Shown one piece after another: positions 37,365 to 47,000 of a DNA stretch of 64,000 bases (its first letter is position 1; every line of letters begins with the position of its first letter). The stretch comes from an uncultured Gemmatimonadaceae bacterium (lineage in GTDB: Bacteria; Gemmatimonadota; Gemmatimonadetes; Gemmatimonadales; Gemmatimonadaceae): positions 1,024,001-1,088,000 of the forward strand of contig CAWAGQ010000004.1 in assembly GCA_963781585.1 (NCBI GenBank). Reading direction: 5' to 3'. The notes under the pieces were generated by a model that was not told where the DNA came from, made no database searches, and was given only the letters and a program-made list of their open reading frames with translations. The position numbers and the translations under genes are program-made.

Positions 37365-38096
37365 TCATCGGCCGCCCGTGGTGTCGTGAGCCATTCTCTT
37401 GCGCAACCAGCGATCGGTGGTCAACGACGCTGCGATACCCAGTGCTCCGCTCGCCACCACATCGCTGGGCCAGTGCGCCTGCGCGTAGACTCGCTGCAGT
37501 GCGATGAGGCCGCCGATGGCGTATCCGGTCGACTCGGCCGTCGGTGAACCCCACTCGTCGGCCAACGCCGCCGCGATCGAGAAAGCATGCGTAGTGTGCG
37601 CAGACGGAAACGACTGCCACTCATCGCCCCGACGGAATGGCCGGAACCACCAGGCATCTTCATTCGCGCCCCGGGGTCGATGACGGCCGACCGCCCCCTT
37701 GAGCACGCTGGTGACGGCATTGGCGACCGTGTATCCTGCGGCCACGCGAAGGACCGCATCGGCAGCGCGCCGGTGCCCGGTGAGGCGCGCAATGATCCAT
37801 CCTCCGGCCATCGCGGGGACGAGCACCGCGCCGCGTCCGAGCGGCTGCAGATCGTCGAGTACGTGTTGCATGCGCGGGGGGAGGCGGGTGGCGTCGCCCG
37901 ACAGTCGCGCATCCCAGACCGCCGCCACACCAGTGAGCGCGGCCGCGGCCCCCCAGAAGCGAGCATCGCGCGGCATGACGTGGAACTGCGCCTGGCCCGC
38001 CTGTGCACCGACGCAGATGAGCGAGGCGCAGACGCGGAGGGCGCGGACGAGCGCATGCGTCCGGGGCGAGGTACTCCCGATACTCACACGCCCCAA
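37365..38096 (-). CDS. PAP2 family phosphatase
   Basis: K...GRHRP, SFPSAH, RV..QAHWPSDV; start uncertain. Confidence 0.82.
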   Translation of the reverse strand: MGRVSIGSTSPRTHALVRALRVCASLICVGAQAGQAQFHVMPRDARFWGAAAALTGVAAVWDARLSGDATRLPPRMQHVLDDLQPLGRGAVLVPAMAGGWIIARLTGHRRAADAVLRVAAGYTVANAVTSVLKGAVGRHRPRGANEDAWWFRPFRRGDEWQSFPSAHTTHAFSIAAALADEWGSPTAESTGYAIGGLIALQRVYAQAHWPSDVVASGALGIAASLTTDRWLRKRMAHDTTGGR

Positions 38097-38197
38097 TCTA
38101 GGCCGGCGTAATCAGGCCGGCGCCATTCAGGCCGGCGTAATCAGGCCCGCGCAATCCAGCCCGGAACAATCAGGCCGCCGCCATCCAGGCCGTCGCC
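38095..38197. repeat. Imperfect tandem repeat, 7 units of 14-15 bp (consensus AATCAGGCCGGCGY)
   Basis: aatctaggccggcgt/aatcaggccggcgcc/attcaggccggcgt/aatcaggcccgcgc/aatccagcccggaac/aatcaggccgccgcc/atccaggccgtcgcc. Confidence 0.85.
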
Positions 38198-38204
38198 ACG
38201 CCCC

Positions 38205-38552
38205 TCATGTGCGAAGTTCGCCGTCGCGGAACCGAGACGTACCGCACACGGTACAGGCCGCCATATTGCGACCGTACAGCGCCAAGTCGGTCTCGCGCTC
38301 GCAGACCTCGCACCAGCCACGTGCCGTGGCAAGCGAGTCGAGCGGAAGGCCGCTGCGTACGAGGCGGGCGATCATGGCGTTCGGCTCCGCCGCCCCCAGC
38401 GGACACAGCGTGCCGGTGCACCACTCGCCAATCTCGAGGCAGACCAGTTCGGGGTCGCGCACGTTCGCCTGCGGGTCGTGGACCGTGTCCTCTGTCATCA
38501 ACACCCGCACGTCGTGGTCGCAGCCGCTGCAGAACATCGTCGCGTAGTGCAT
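38205..38552 (-). CDS. Cys-rich hypothetical protein (zinc-ribbon / metal-binding-like), 115 aa
   Basis: GGAGGT SD before ATG 38552; CSGC, C-x6-C-x4-C, CEVC, CTVC. Confidence 0.75.
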   Translation of the reverse strand: MHYATMFCSGCDHDVRVLMTEDTVHDPQANVRDPELVCLEIGEWCTGTLCPLGAAEPNAMIARLVRSGLPLDSLATARGWCEVCERETDLALYGRNMAACTVCGTSRFRDGELRT

Positions 38553-38610
38553 AGGATACCTCCACCGTCTCGATGAGAGCGCCACGACACGCGGCCGTGG
38601 CGGCAACGCA

Positions 38611-39606
38611 CTACCCTGTGGACGCCAGTCGAGCGCCGGGCATGCGCGAAGCGAGCAGCGCGCGAGCATCCGTCGCCGACATTCCGAACACCGCCGTGGC
38701 CGCAGCATCCGCGTTCATGCAGGTTTCGGCCTCAACGGTCACACTGTGCTCCGAGGTCTGCTTTGGCCGGGCGGTGGCCGGATCCATGAGGTGGTGATAA
38801 CGCACGCCGCGGAACCGGAAGAACTGGACGTAGTCCCCAGAGGTGGCCACGGCGCGGTCGGAGACGTCCAGCACACCGAGCAGTTCGTCCGGATCAACCG
38901 GCGATTGAATACCGATACGCCAGGGAGAGCCGTCGGGGGCCATCCCCATGGCCACGAGATCGCCGCCGACGTTGATGAGCGCGTCGCGGACGCCCAGGGC
39001 ACGAAGGGCGTCGGACGCCCGATCGACGCCGTACCCCTTGGCGATGCCACCCAGGTCGAGATGGATCTCGGGAGATCGAAACGCGACTGCCGGCTGCCCC
39101 CTCTCCATTCCCAGTTCGACGCCGTGGAAGAGGTGGCGCCCGGCCAGACGACGCACGGGTGCGTCGGGGGGCGGCTCGTACCGGTGGTTCACGTCCCACA
39201 GCTCGACCACGCGTCCAATCGCGGGGTCGAAGGCGCCGTCGCTGGCGTGAGCCCAGCGGAGCGCTGCATCGAGCACGTCGCGGGTCGGACCGGAGACCGC
39301 GACCGGCTGGTGGAACGCGAGGGCGTTGGCCCTGCCCACATCCGACTCGGGGAGGAAGCGACTCATCGTGCGCTCAACGCCCGTCAATTCCGCGAACGCC
39401 GCGTCGATGGCGTGCTCGCCCCTGCCGAAGTCGTCGGCGATCACGGTGATTTCGGCGATGGTCCCCATCACGGGCAGCATGCGGCGGACCGTGCGCCGAC
39501 GGAAACGAGCCGAGATCGGGACCGCGGCGACGACGAACGCGCCGATCCCGATCGCAATGAACTCCCGGCGATGCGTCAACGGGCCGGGTGAAGAGTCGAC
39601 TGTCAT
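38611..39606 (-). CDS. apbE: FAD:protein FMN transferase
   Basis: Twin-Arg (HRREFI); VMGT, FDPAIG, DLGGIAKGY.VD, INVGGD, ATSGDY, HHLMDP, ADAAATA. Confidence 0.93.
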   Translation of the reverse strand: MTVDSSPGPLTHRREFIAIGIGAFVVAAVPISARFRRRTVRRMLPVMGTIAEITVIADDFGRGEHAIDAAFAELTGVERTMSRFLPESDVGRANALAFHQPVAVSGPTRDVLDAALRWAHASDGAFDPAIGRVVELWDVNHRYEPPPDAPVRRLAGRHLFHGVELGMERGQPAVAFRSPEIHLDLGGIAKGYGVDRASDALRALGVRDALINVGGDLVAMGMAPDGSPWRIGIQSPVDPDELLGVLDVSDRAVATSGDYVQFFRFRGVRYHHLMDPATARPKQTSEHSVTVEAETCMNADAAATAVFGMSATDARALLASRMPGARLASTG

Positions 39607-39755
39607 TTCGTTCCTCCCTCGACGTGCTGGTGCAGCGGGCAATCGCCCTGACACGCGCCGCATCCGCCCGATTCGCAGCCGCGTTGCGGATGCAGCAGAC
39701 CGAAGACGACAAAGAGCACGGCGACGAGCGCGATGCCGGCAAGCGCGGTAATCAT
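39603..39755 (-). CDS. Small Cys-rich membrane protein, 50 aa (FeoB-associated Cys-rich-like)
   Basis: MITALAGIALVAVLFVVFGLLHPQRGCESGGCGACQGDCPLHQHVEGGTK; ATGA overlaps with both rnfA and apbE. Confidence 0.75.
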   Translation of the reverse strand: MITALAGIALVAVLFVVFGLLHPQRGCESGGCGACQGDCPLHQHVEGGTK

Positions 39756-40327
39756 GAGGTGCCCAGGCCGGCGAAGCCCATGAAGGCCATGGACAGGCAA
39801 CTGGCGATGAACAGGACGATGGCCATCGGGCGTGCGAGCCGCGGCACCTCGGTCAGCTCGGTGCGGACCCGTATGGACGCCATGAGCGTGAGCGCCAAGG
39901 TGAGGCCCATCCCGGCGCCGATGGCAAAGGCGAGACCCTGGATGAAGTTGTAGCCGCGATTGGTCTGGAAGATGGCGAGACCGAGGATGGCGCAGTTGGT
40001 GGTGATGAGGGGCAGGTAGATGCCAAGCTGTCGGAAGAGCACCGGATAGTGCTTCCTCACAGCCATCTCGACGATCTGCACTGCCGAGGCGATGACCACG
40101 ATGAACGCGATGATACGCAGAAACGGCGCCGGACCGAGCACATACTTGTTCAGGAACCAGGCGGACACGGCCGTCATCACGAGGACGAACGTGTTGGCCA
40201 GGCCGAGGCGCAGGGCGGTGCCGATCTGCTGGGTGACGCCGAAGAAGGAACAAAGCCCGAGAAACATCACCAGCGTGAAGTTGTTCACGAGCAGGGACGA
40301 GATCATGATCCACGCCAGATCACCCAT
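39752..40327 (-). CDS. rnfA: Rnf complex subunit A
   Basis: NNFTL..FLGLC.F.GV, LGIYLPLITTNCAILG, LSMAFMGFAG. Confidence 0.95.
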   Translation of the reverse strand: MGDLAWIMISSLLVNNFTLVMFLGLCSFFGVTQQIGTALRLGLANTFVLVMTAVSAWFLNKYVLGPAPFLRIIAFIVVIASAVQIVEMAVRKHYPVLFRQLGIYLPLITTNCAILGLAIFQTNRGYNFIQGLAFAIGAGMGLTLALTLMASIRVRTELTEVPRLARPMAIVLFIASCLSMAFMGFAGLGTS

Positions 40328-41027
40328 TTCCTGTCCTCCCGGATCGCACTGCACGTGCACGCCGCGTGCGCAGGTCGGCTGCGACGGCGACGCCCATGAG
40401 CAGCAGGCCAAGCGTGAAGAAGCCTCCTGGTGGGAGCATCATGAACACCCAGGGCTCGAAGCTGGCGGGCAGGACGCGGATCCCGAGCAGGGCGCCGCTG
40501 CCTAACAATTCCCGGATTGCGCCCATCATGGTCAGCGCGATCGTGAACCCCGCGCCCATGCCGACGGCGTCGAGGACGGCGCGTCCCACCGGCTGCCTGG
40601 CGGCGAACGCTTCCTGCCGTCCCAGCAGCAGGCAGTTCGCGACGATCAGGGCGATGAAGGGGCCAAGCGCCTTGTGAATGTCGGGCACCATCGCCTCCAG
40701 CAGCATGTCGGCCAGCGTCACGAAGGTGGCGATGATCAGGATGTACGAGGCGATGCGGACCTCGTTCGGAAACCGGCGGCGGAGCAGCGAGACGAAGAAT
40801 TCCGACCCCAGCAGGACGAACAGCGTGGCCATGCCCATGGCGAACGCGTTGGCGACGTTGTTGGTGACCGCCATGGTCGGGCACATGCCGAGCATCTGCA
40901 CCAGGACCGGGTTCTCCTTCCAGATGCCGCGCATCAGGTCCCCGATCAGCGGCGCCGGGGTCGTCGACGGTGGCGGCGGCACGGCCGGCGCGGCGACCGG
41001 CATTGTGGCGTCGATGGTCGTGCTCAT
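40320..41027 (-). CDS. rnfE: Rnf complex subunit E
   Basis: GIWKENP.LVQMLGMCPTMAVT, LIVANC..LGR.EAFA, RELLG.G, LPPGGF. Confidence 0.95.
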   Translation of the reverse strand: MSTTIDATMPVAAPAVPPPPSTTPAPLIGDLMRGIWKENPVLVQMLGMCPTMAVTNNVANAFAMGMATLFVLLGSEFFVSLLRRRFPNEVRIASYILIIATFVTLADMLLEAMVPDIHKALGPFIALIVANCLLLGRQEAFAARQPVGRAVLDAVGMGAGFTIALTMMGAIRELLGSGALLGIRVLPASFEPWVFMMLPPGGFFTLGLLLMGVAVAADLRTRRARAVRSGRTGNG

Positions 41028-41698
41028 GGGGTTGCTCCGGCCTGGTACGCCGTCAGCAGCGGGCGCCAGCGGGCAACCGCGTTGTTGATGATCCGGGTGA
41101 CGGCGCGCGACGAGATCGTGGCGCCGCTGATCGCCTGCACCTCAGCGGGGTCGTTGCCGCTGCGCTTCTTCACCGTCTTCAGGGGCGCGACCAGGCCGTG
41201 CCACTGGCCGACGAACGTGCTGTCCTTCTCGATCTTCTCCCCGAGACCCGGCGTCTCCTTCTGATCCAGGACCTTGAAGCCGAGAATGGTGCCGCTTCGC
41301 GGATCGAAGCCGAACATCAGGGAGATCACATCGGAGAATCCGGGTTCACCGGCGGTGATCGCCACGCCGAGCGAGTGCCCCTGCGCGTCGTAGCCGACGT
41401 AGGCCGCCTGGAGTTCGCTTCGCGCCACCGTGGGCTGCCTGGTCAACGCGCCGTTCTCCAGATAGAGCGTGTCCAGTCGCGCCGGGTGCTGGAGCACTTC
41501 GGCCACGGCCTGCTGGACGACCAGTCCCTTGTGCGCCTCGATCGGAGTGAGCGTGAGGCGATACACGATTACCACCAGCAGACCGGCCAGGGCGCCGGCC
41601 AGGCCTAACGTGCTCACCAGCCGCCAGGCCGGCGTCGCTTCGGCCGGGGGAAGTTCGGCCGGAACACCGGGGGTGTGGCAGTGCACCGGGTCGGTCAT
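41024..41698 (-). CDS. rnfG: Rnf complex subunit G (FMN-binding)
   Basis: One TM helix; ETPGLG; ISGATISS flavinylation motif; ATGA overlap with rnfD. Confidence 0.92.
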   Translation of the reverse strand: MTDPVHCHTPGVPAELPPAEATPAWRLVSTLGLAGALAGLLVVIVYRLTLTPIEAHKGLVVQQAVAEVLQHPARLDTLYLENGALTRQPTVARSELQAAYVGYDAQGHSLGVAITAGEPGFSDVISLMFGFDPRSGTILGFKVLDQKETPGLGEKIEKDSTFVGQWHGLVAPLKTVKKRSGNDPAEVQAISGATISSRAVTRIINNAVARWRPLLTAYQAGATP

Positions 41699-42693
41699 GC
41701 GATGACCCGCCCGGTGGTGCCGAACACGCGCGGCTGGGTGGCCTTGTTGATGAACGGCGTGAACGCGTTCATGAACAGGATGGCGTACATGACCCCTTCG
41801 GGGAGACCTCCCCAGACCCGGATCACCACCGTGACCACGCCCACGCCGGCGCCGAAGATCCAGCGCCCCGGGTTGGTCACGGGCGCGGTGACCATGTCGG
41901 TGGCCATGAAGATCGCGCCGAGCGCGAGTCCGCCCGAGAAGAGCATGAACAAGGGCGCCGGATAGGCCGGCGAGAAGGCGTGGAGGATGACCGCGAACGC
42001 GGCAATCGACGCGAAGATACTGACCGGGACACGCCAGTTGAGGTATCCGCGCAATGCCAGGTACGCGCCGCACAGCACGATCACGATCACCGAGGTCTCA
42101 CCTAACGAGCCGCCGGTGTTCCCGGTGAACAGGGCCAGCACCGAGGTGCCGTGTCCCTCGAACTTCCAGGCGCCAAGTGGCGTGGCGGCGGTGATGGCTT
42201 CCGTCACCCGCGGGTGGGTGAGGGGGAAGGCGAACAGATCACCCCGCAGCGCCCACCAGGATTGACCGGGAACCGGCCAGGTCGTGATGGCGACCGGAAA
42301 CGCCGCCTGCAGGAAGGCGCGTCCGAACAAGGCAGGATTGAAGATGTTCTGGCCCAGACCCCCGAACACGATCTTTCCGAAACCGATTCCCATGGCGCCA
42401 CCGAGAAACGCCATCCACAACGGCATCCCGGCGGGGAGGGTGAGTCCGAGCAGGATGCCGGTGATCGCGGCCGAGCCGTCGGAGAGCGTTCCCGACTTGC
42501 CAAAGACGCGCTCGGTCAGCATGGCGCCGAGCGTGGCCGCTCCCACCACCAGGAGCGCACTGACCCCGAAATACCACGCCGCAACCACGACGATGGGGAT
42601 CAGGCTGCCCACGACGTTCCACATGATCCGCGGCGTGGACTCGCGCGCGCGGAGGTGCGGCGCGGCGGTGACGACCAGCGAACCGCCGCTCAC
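41695..42693 (-). CDS. rnfD: Rnf complex subunit D
   Basis: APH, D.SA.ITG.LL..LP, GGLGQNIFNPA, TAATPL, GS.GETS, FMATD.VT.P, PEGV.YAIL; GTG start overlapping rnfC stop. Confidence 0.94.
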   Translation of the reverse strand: MSGGSLVVTAAPHLRARESTPRIMWNVVGSLIPIVVVAAWYFGVSALLVVGAATLGAMLTERVFGKSGTLSDGSAAITGILLGLTLPAGMPLWMAFLGGAMGIGFGKIVFGGLGQNIFNPALFGRAFLQAAFPVAITTWPVPGQSWWALRGDLFAFPLTHPRVTEAITAATPLGAWKFEGHGTSVLALFTGNTGGSLGETSVIVIVLCGAYLALRGYLNWRVPVSIFASIAAFAVILHAFSPAYPAPLFMLFSGGLALGAIFMATDMVTAPVTNPGRWIFGAGVGVVTVVIRVWGGLPEGVMYAILFMNAFTPFINKATQPRVFGTTGRVIA

Positions 42694-44021
42694 GCGGCCG
42701 CCGCCTTGCGCTTCTTCAGCGCGGTCCTGCTGAACGCGAACAGCTGGGCGAGCGGGATGTTCGAGGGGCACACATAGGAGCACGCGCCACAGAGCATGCA
42801 ATCGGCCAGGTGCAGCGCCTCCATGTCGTCATACCGGTTCAGCCGCGCGTAGTCGCCGAGCAGCGAGGGATTCAGGAACACCGGGCAGGCATCCAGACAG
42901 TTGCCGCAGTGGATGCAGGGGTAGATCTGTTCGCTGCGTGTCTCGTCGCCAGCCAGGGCCACGATGCCCGTGGTCCCCTTGGTGACCGGCGCGTCGAGGG
43001 AGCTCTGGGCCAGGCCCATCATCGGGCCGCCGATGATGACTTCGGCCGCGTCGTCGGTGAGCCCTCCACAGAACTCCAGCACGTCACGCAGCCTGGTCCC
43101 CACCGGGACGATCAGGTTTCCGGGCTTCCGCACGCCACGGCCGCTCACGGTGACGATGCGTTCGATGAGCGGCATCCCGGTCTCGAAGACCTCGGCGATG
43201 GCCGCCACCGACCCGACATTCTGGACCAGCACGCCCAGGCTCACCGGCAGCTTGCCCGACGGCACCTCGCGACCGGTGACGGCGCGAATCAGCATCTTCT
43301 CCGCCCCCTGCGGATACTTCACGGTCAGGGGGAGGATCGTCACGTCCAGGTCGGTGGGTGCCGACGCGCGCAGCGCCTCGATCGCGTCGGGCTTGTTGCG
43401 CTCCACACCGATCACCGTGCGCCGTACACCTAACGCGGCCATCATCACGCGGATGCCGAAGTGCACCCGGGCGGGGTACTCCGCCATGATGCGGTGATCG
43501 GATGTGAGATATGGCTCGCACTCGGCGCCGTTGACGATGATCGACTCGACCGCGTACTCCTTCGGCGGCGAGAGCTTCACGTGGGTGGGGAAGGCCGCAC
43601 CACCCAGCCCGACCACGCCCGCCTCCTGAACGGCAAGAACCGTCTGTTCGGTGGTCAAACCTTCCCACCTCGGCACCAGGCGTGGACGCGTGGTCTGTAC
43701 CGCATACCGATCGACGGCGATCCGCACCGCCATGGTATCGGTCCCGTCGATGTAGGGGGCCCACTCGATCGCGGTGACTCGTCCCGCGGCCGACGCATGG
43801 ATGGGCACCGACATCCAGCCATCGGACGTGCCGACCTTGTCGCCGCGTTCGACATGGTCGCCGGGCTTCACACAGGCGATGGCGGGCTTCCCGGCATGCT
43901 GCTGGAGCGGCAACACCAGCTCCGCCGGGAACGGCATCCGGCGAATCGGGAGCGTGTTGGTGAGTTCCTTGGATTCGGGAGGATGAACCCCGTGCTGGAA
44001 GCCGAACCGTGAGAGCAGCAT
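42690..44021 (-). CDS. rnfC: Rnf complex subunit C
   Basis: GVHP..K, QHAG.PA, GLGGAAFPTHVK, NGAECEPYLT.D, KYPQGAEK, GGPMMG, CIHCGNC..CP, CMLCGACSYVCPS. Confidence 0.95.
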   Translation of the reverse strand: MLLSRFGFQHGVHPPESKELTNTLPIRRMPFPAELVLPLQQHAGKPAIACVKPGDHVERGDKVGTSDGWMSVPIHASAAGRVTAIEWAPYIDGTDTMAVRIAVDRYAVQTTRPRLVPRWEGLTTEQTVLAVQEAGVVGLGGAAFPTHVKLSPPKEYAVESIIVNGAECEPYLTSDHRIMAEYPARVHFGIRVMMAALGVRRTVIGVERNKPDAIEALRASAPTDLDVTILPLTVKYPQGAEKMLIRAVTGREVPSGKLPVSLGVLVQNVGSVAAIAEVFETGMPLIERIVTVSGRGVRKPGNLIVPVGTRLRDVLEFCGGLTDDAAEVIIGGPMMGLAQSSLDAPVTKGTTGIVALAGDETRSEQIYPCIHCGNCLDACPVFLNPSLLGDYARLNRYDDMEALHLADCMLCGACSYVCPSNIPLAQLFAFSRTALKKRKAAAA

Positions 44022-44025
44022 GTGA

Positions 44026-47000
44026 TCAGCTGAAGGGCTTGGCCCGCTCGATCCACTTCGGGAGATCCTTCTCCTTCGGGTTGAGCGGCGTTCCGGGGTG
44101 AATGGCGGCGACGGGGCACTTCTCGGCGGCCTGCACCAGCTGCGCGAACGTGCCGGCCTTTGCGTCCTTCACATACGCCTGCTTGTTCGCGTTGTAGGCG
44201 AACATGCGTCCGTTGAGATTCGTGCATTCGTTGCAGGTCGTGCACCGCGCCGACTCGACGTAGGCCTCCATCGCCAGGTCGTCGTCCTCCTGGGGTTGCG
44301 CAGGCGGCGCCGCCGCGGCCGCGGCGACGGCACCGTCCGCGCGGTGTGCGGTTTCCGGACCGGCCTCGGAAGACGCGTGAGACGCCGTGACGCCCGCACC
44401 GTTCGACCCGGAGGCCGCGTCCGGGGCTAGCGCGCTCCCCGAAGGGATGGCACTCGGTGCGGGCGCTGATACGGCATCGGAAACCAGATCGTTCGCCACG
44501 CCGGTGGCGAAACGGGACAGCAACTCGGTTGCGGCATGCGGGCCACCCGCGCTCCGCAGCAGCCCCTGGGCGAGACGCCGAGCAATCAACGGCGGGTAGC
44601 TCGCACGCAGGTCGGCCAGCTTCTTTTCGTACTCGCTGCGCAGCTCCTGCACCTGCCGATCGAAGTCCGACTCGACCGCGGACAGTACGCGCTCGCGAAT
44701 GGCGGGCGCGACCTCCAGACCGGCGAGCTGGCGCAACTGCGACCAGAACAGGAGCCGTTCTTCCGCGAGTTGCACCATTTCGGCCGAGACCGCGAGCCGG
44801 CGGAGCCGCTTCTCTCCGGTGGTCGCCCAGATGAAGGGCGACTTCCCCGCTCTCTCGTCAGGCGCGAGGGCAACGTACTCGTGGAACGGCAGCATCTCGT
44901 CGTTCCAGGCGGCGTGCTTCACTTCCCGGAAGTGCTTCCGGAAGCGTCCCTCGGTGGCCGCCCAGTCGGCGATGGTGAGCGGAAGGTCCATGCTGCCTGG
45001 GGCGCCGTCGTCGTCGGCATAGTGCAGGGTGTACGACGGCCACAGATCGTCGACGGCCGGATTGCCGTCGAGCGTGAGGCAGTCGGCCAGCGCGCCACCT
45101 GCGTCGGGATCGTAGGTCAGGAAGGGGAATGCCCGACTCTCGAGCGCCAGACGGGCGGCGTGCTGACCCCAGTCGTCGGCCAGCCCGTGCTCCACCGGAC
45201 ACGGCGTGTAGATGTTGAACACCGCCGGCCGGCGCTGCTGCAGACCACGCAGGATGCCGCCCATGAGATGCGACGCCGAGGCCTGCGACGACTGGTGCAC
45301 GAACACGCCGCGGTGCGCGATGGCAATGAGGGCGAGTTCCTTCCGCACTTCGGTCTTGCCATGCTGCACCGCGCCATAAGCGGACATGTCGGCCACCTGA
45401 CCCGTGAAACCACTGGTGCACGCCTGTCCGCCGGTGTTCGAGTAGACCTGGGTGTCGAGGACGACCACCCGCAGCGGCTTTCCGGAGGCGAGCAGCCGCG
45501 AGAGGTTCTGGAAGCCGATATCGAGCATGGCGCCATCGCCACCCATGGTGACGATGGGCGGGCACATGGCGAATTCCTCATCGGTGAACTGCTGCCAACC
45601 GACGGCGACGAATTCCTTCTCATGCGTGGCCGCGTCGTAGGCGTCGTTGGCCAGCAGCTCGGCCCGTCGCACGCTCACGAACTGGTCGGCCATCTTGCGC
45701 ATCTGCCCTTCGAAGACGCCGATCGCCACCGACGGGGCGTCCTGGAAGAGGTGGTTCACCCACGGGAAGGGGTATGGATTGTACGGGTAGGTACTGCCCC
45801 ACACCGACGAGCACCCGGTGCTGTTGGCCATGCCCAGGCGCGCCCTTCCCTTCCCAGCCGGCCCCTCCAGGTAGCGCCACCGAAGATCCTTGAGCTCGTC
45901 GATCGCCCGAGCGAGCAGCGCGAGGCGCTTCCGACGATCCTCATCAACCGGAACGGTGACTTCCCCAGCGGGGGCCTGACCGGCCGCGCGCAGATCGGCG
46001 CTGGAGGCGAGCAACTCGCGGGCCTTGGCGTCGAGGGTCGCGATGAGCGAATCGAGCCGCGCCACGTACCGCTCGACGCGCGGACCCATCAGCGCGTGGA
46101 TCGTCGACGTGACCAGGTGGACGGTCGTCTTTTCCCCGCAGCCCATGCAGGCGCCGTCGCCGCCCACCATCGACCGGTAGCTGTTCTTCTTGAGCAGCAA
46201 CGACGGAAGCACGCCGACACCTTCGTCGATGCGCGAGACGTTCACGTACCGGTCGTCGGTGTCGGGAAGCTGCTTCCAGAATTCCCAGTTGCGGCGAAGT
46301 CGCGCGAGCTTGTCGTCGTCCTGCCGCACGGTTACGAGGGCCTGATCGGGGCAGACGGCGACACACAGGTTGCAGCCCTTGCAGGCCTCGGGGTTCACGG
46401 TGATGGAGAGGAGCCCGCCGCTCGCCTTTGCCTTGCTCTCGGGCAGATCGTAGAACGGTCGCGTGCGCGCAAAGCGCATCTCGGCTATGGTGGCGTGCAC
46501 CGGCTCGAACTCGGCATCGACAGCGACCCGACGCTCGGGCTCTGTGACGAGTTTTCCGGCAACGGTGTCGTAGGCGCGTCGCAGCGCGGTCGCGAAGTCC
46601 ACGGAGGGATCACCGGCCATGACGCGTCGCGACTCCTTGCTGACAGGCTTGACCAGCTGCCGCAGGCGATCCAGCGGCGCACGCTGGCGCTCGGCGACGT
46701 CGATTGCGGAGCCAAGCGTGTCTTCGACGCCGGTCACGAGCCCCGGGATGGCAGCGTCGGGACATTGGGTCCAGCACTGCGCGCAGCCCGTGCACTTTTC
46801 CGCAATGAAGTCGGGTATCTCCATCCGCACACCGCTCATGTCGCGCACGGCGCCGGTGGCGGCGGGGATGGCGCTGATGGCGGCGAACGGATCGGCGATC
46901 ACGTCCTGGGAGAGCTTGCAGACGGCGCAGACCTGCTCCCAGAACCGTCCCGGGTTGCCGATGCCCTGTTCCGCGTCAGGCACGTCGAGCACGTCAGGAA

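Noticed and set aside
38095..38197. CRISPR array
   Set aside because: Units are 14-15 bp, directly adjacent with no unique spacers; no cas genes
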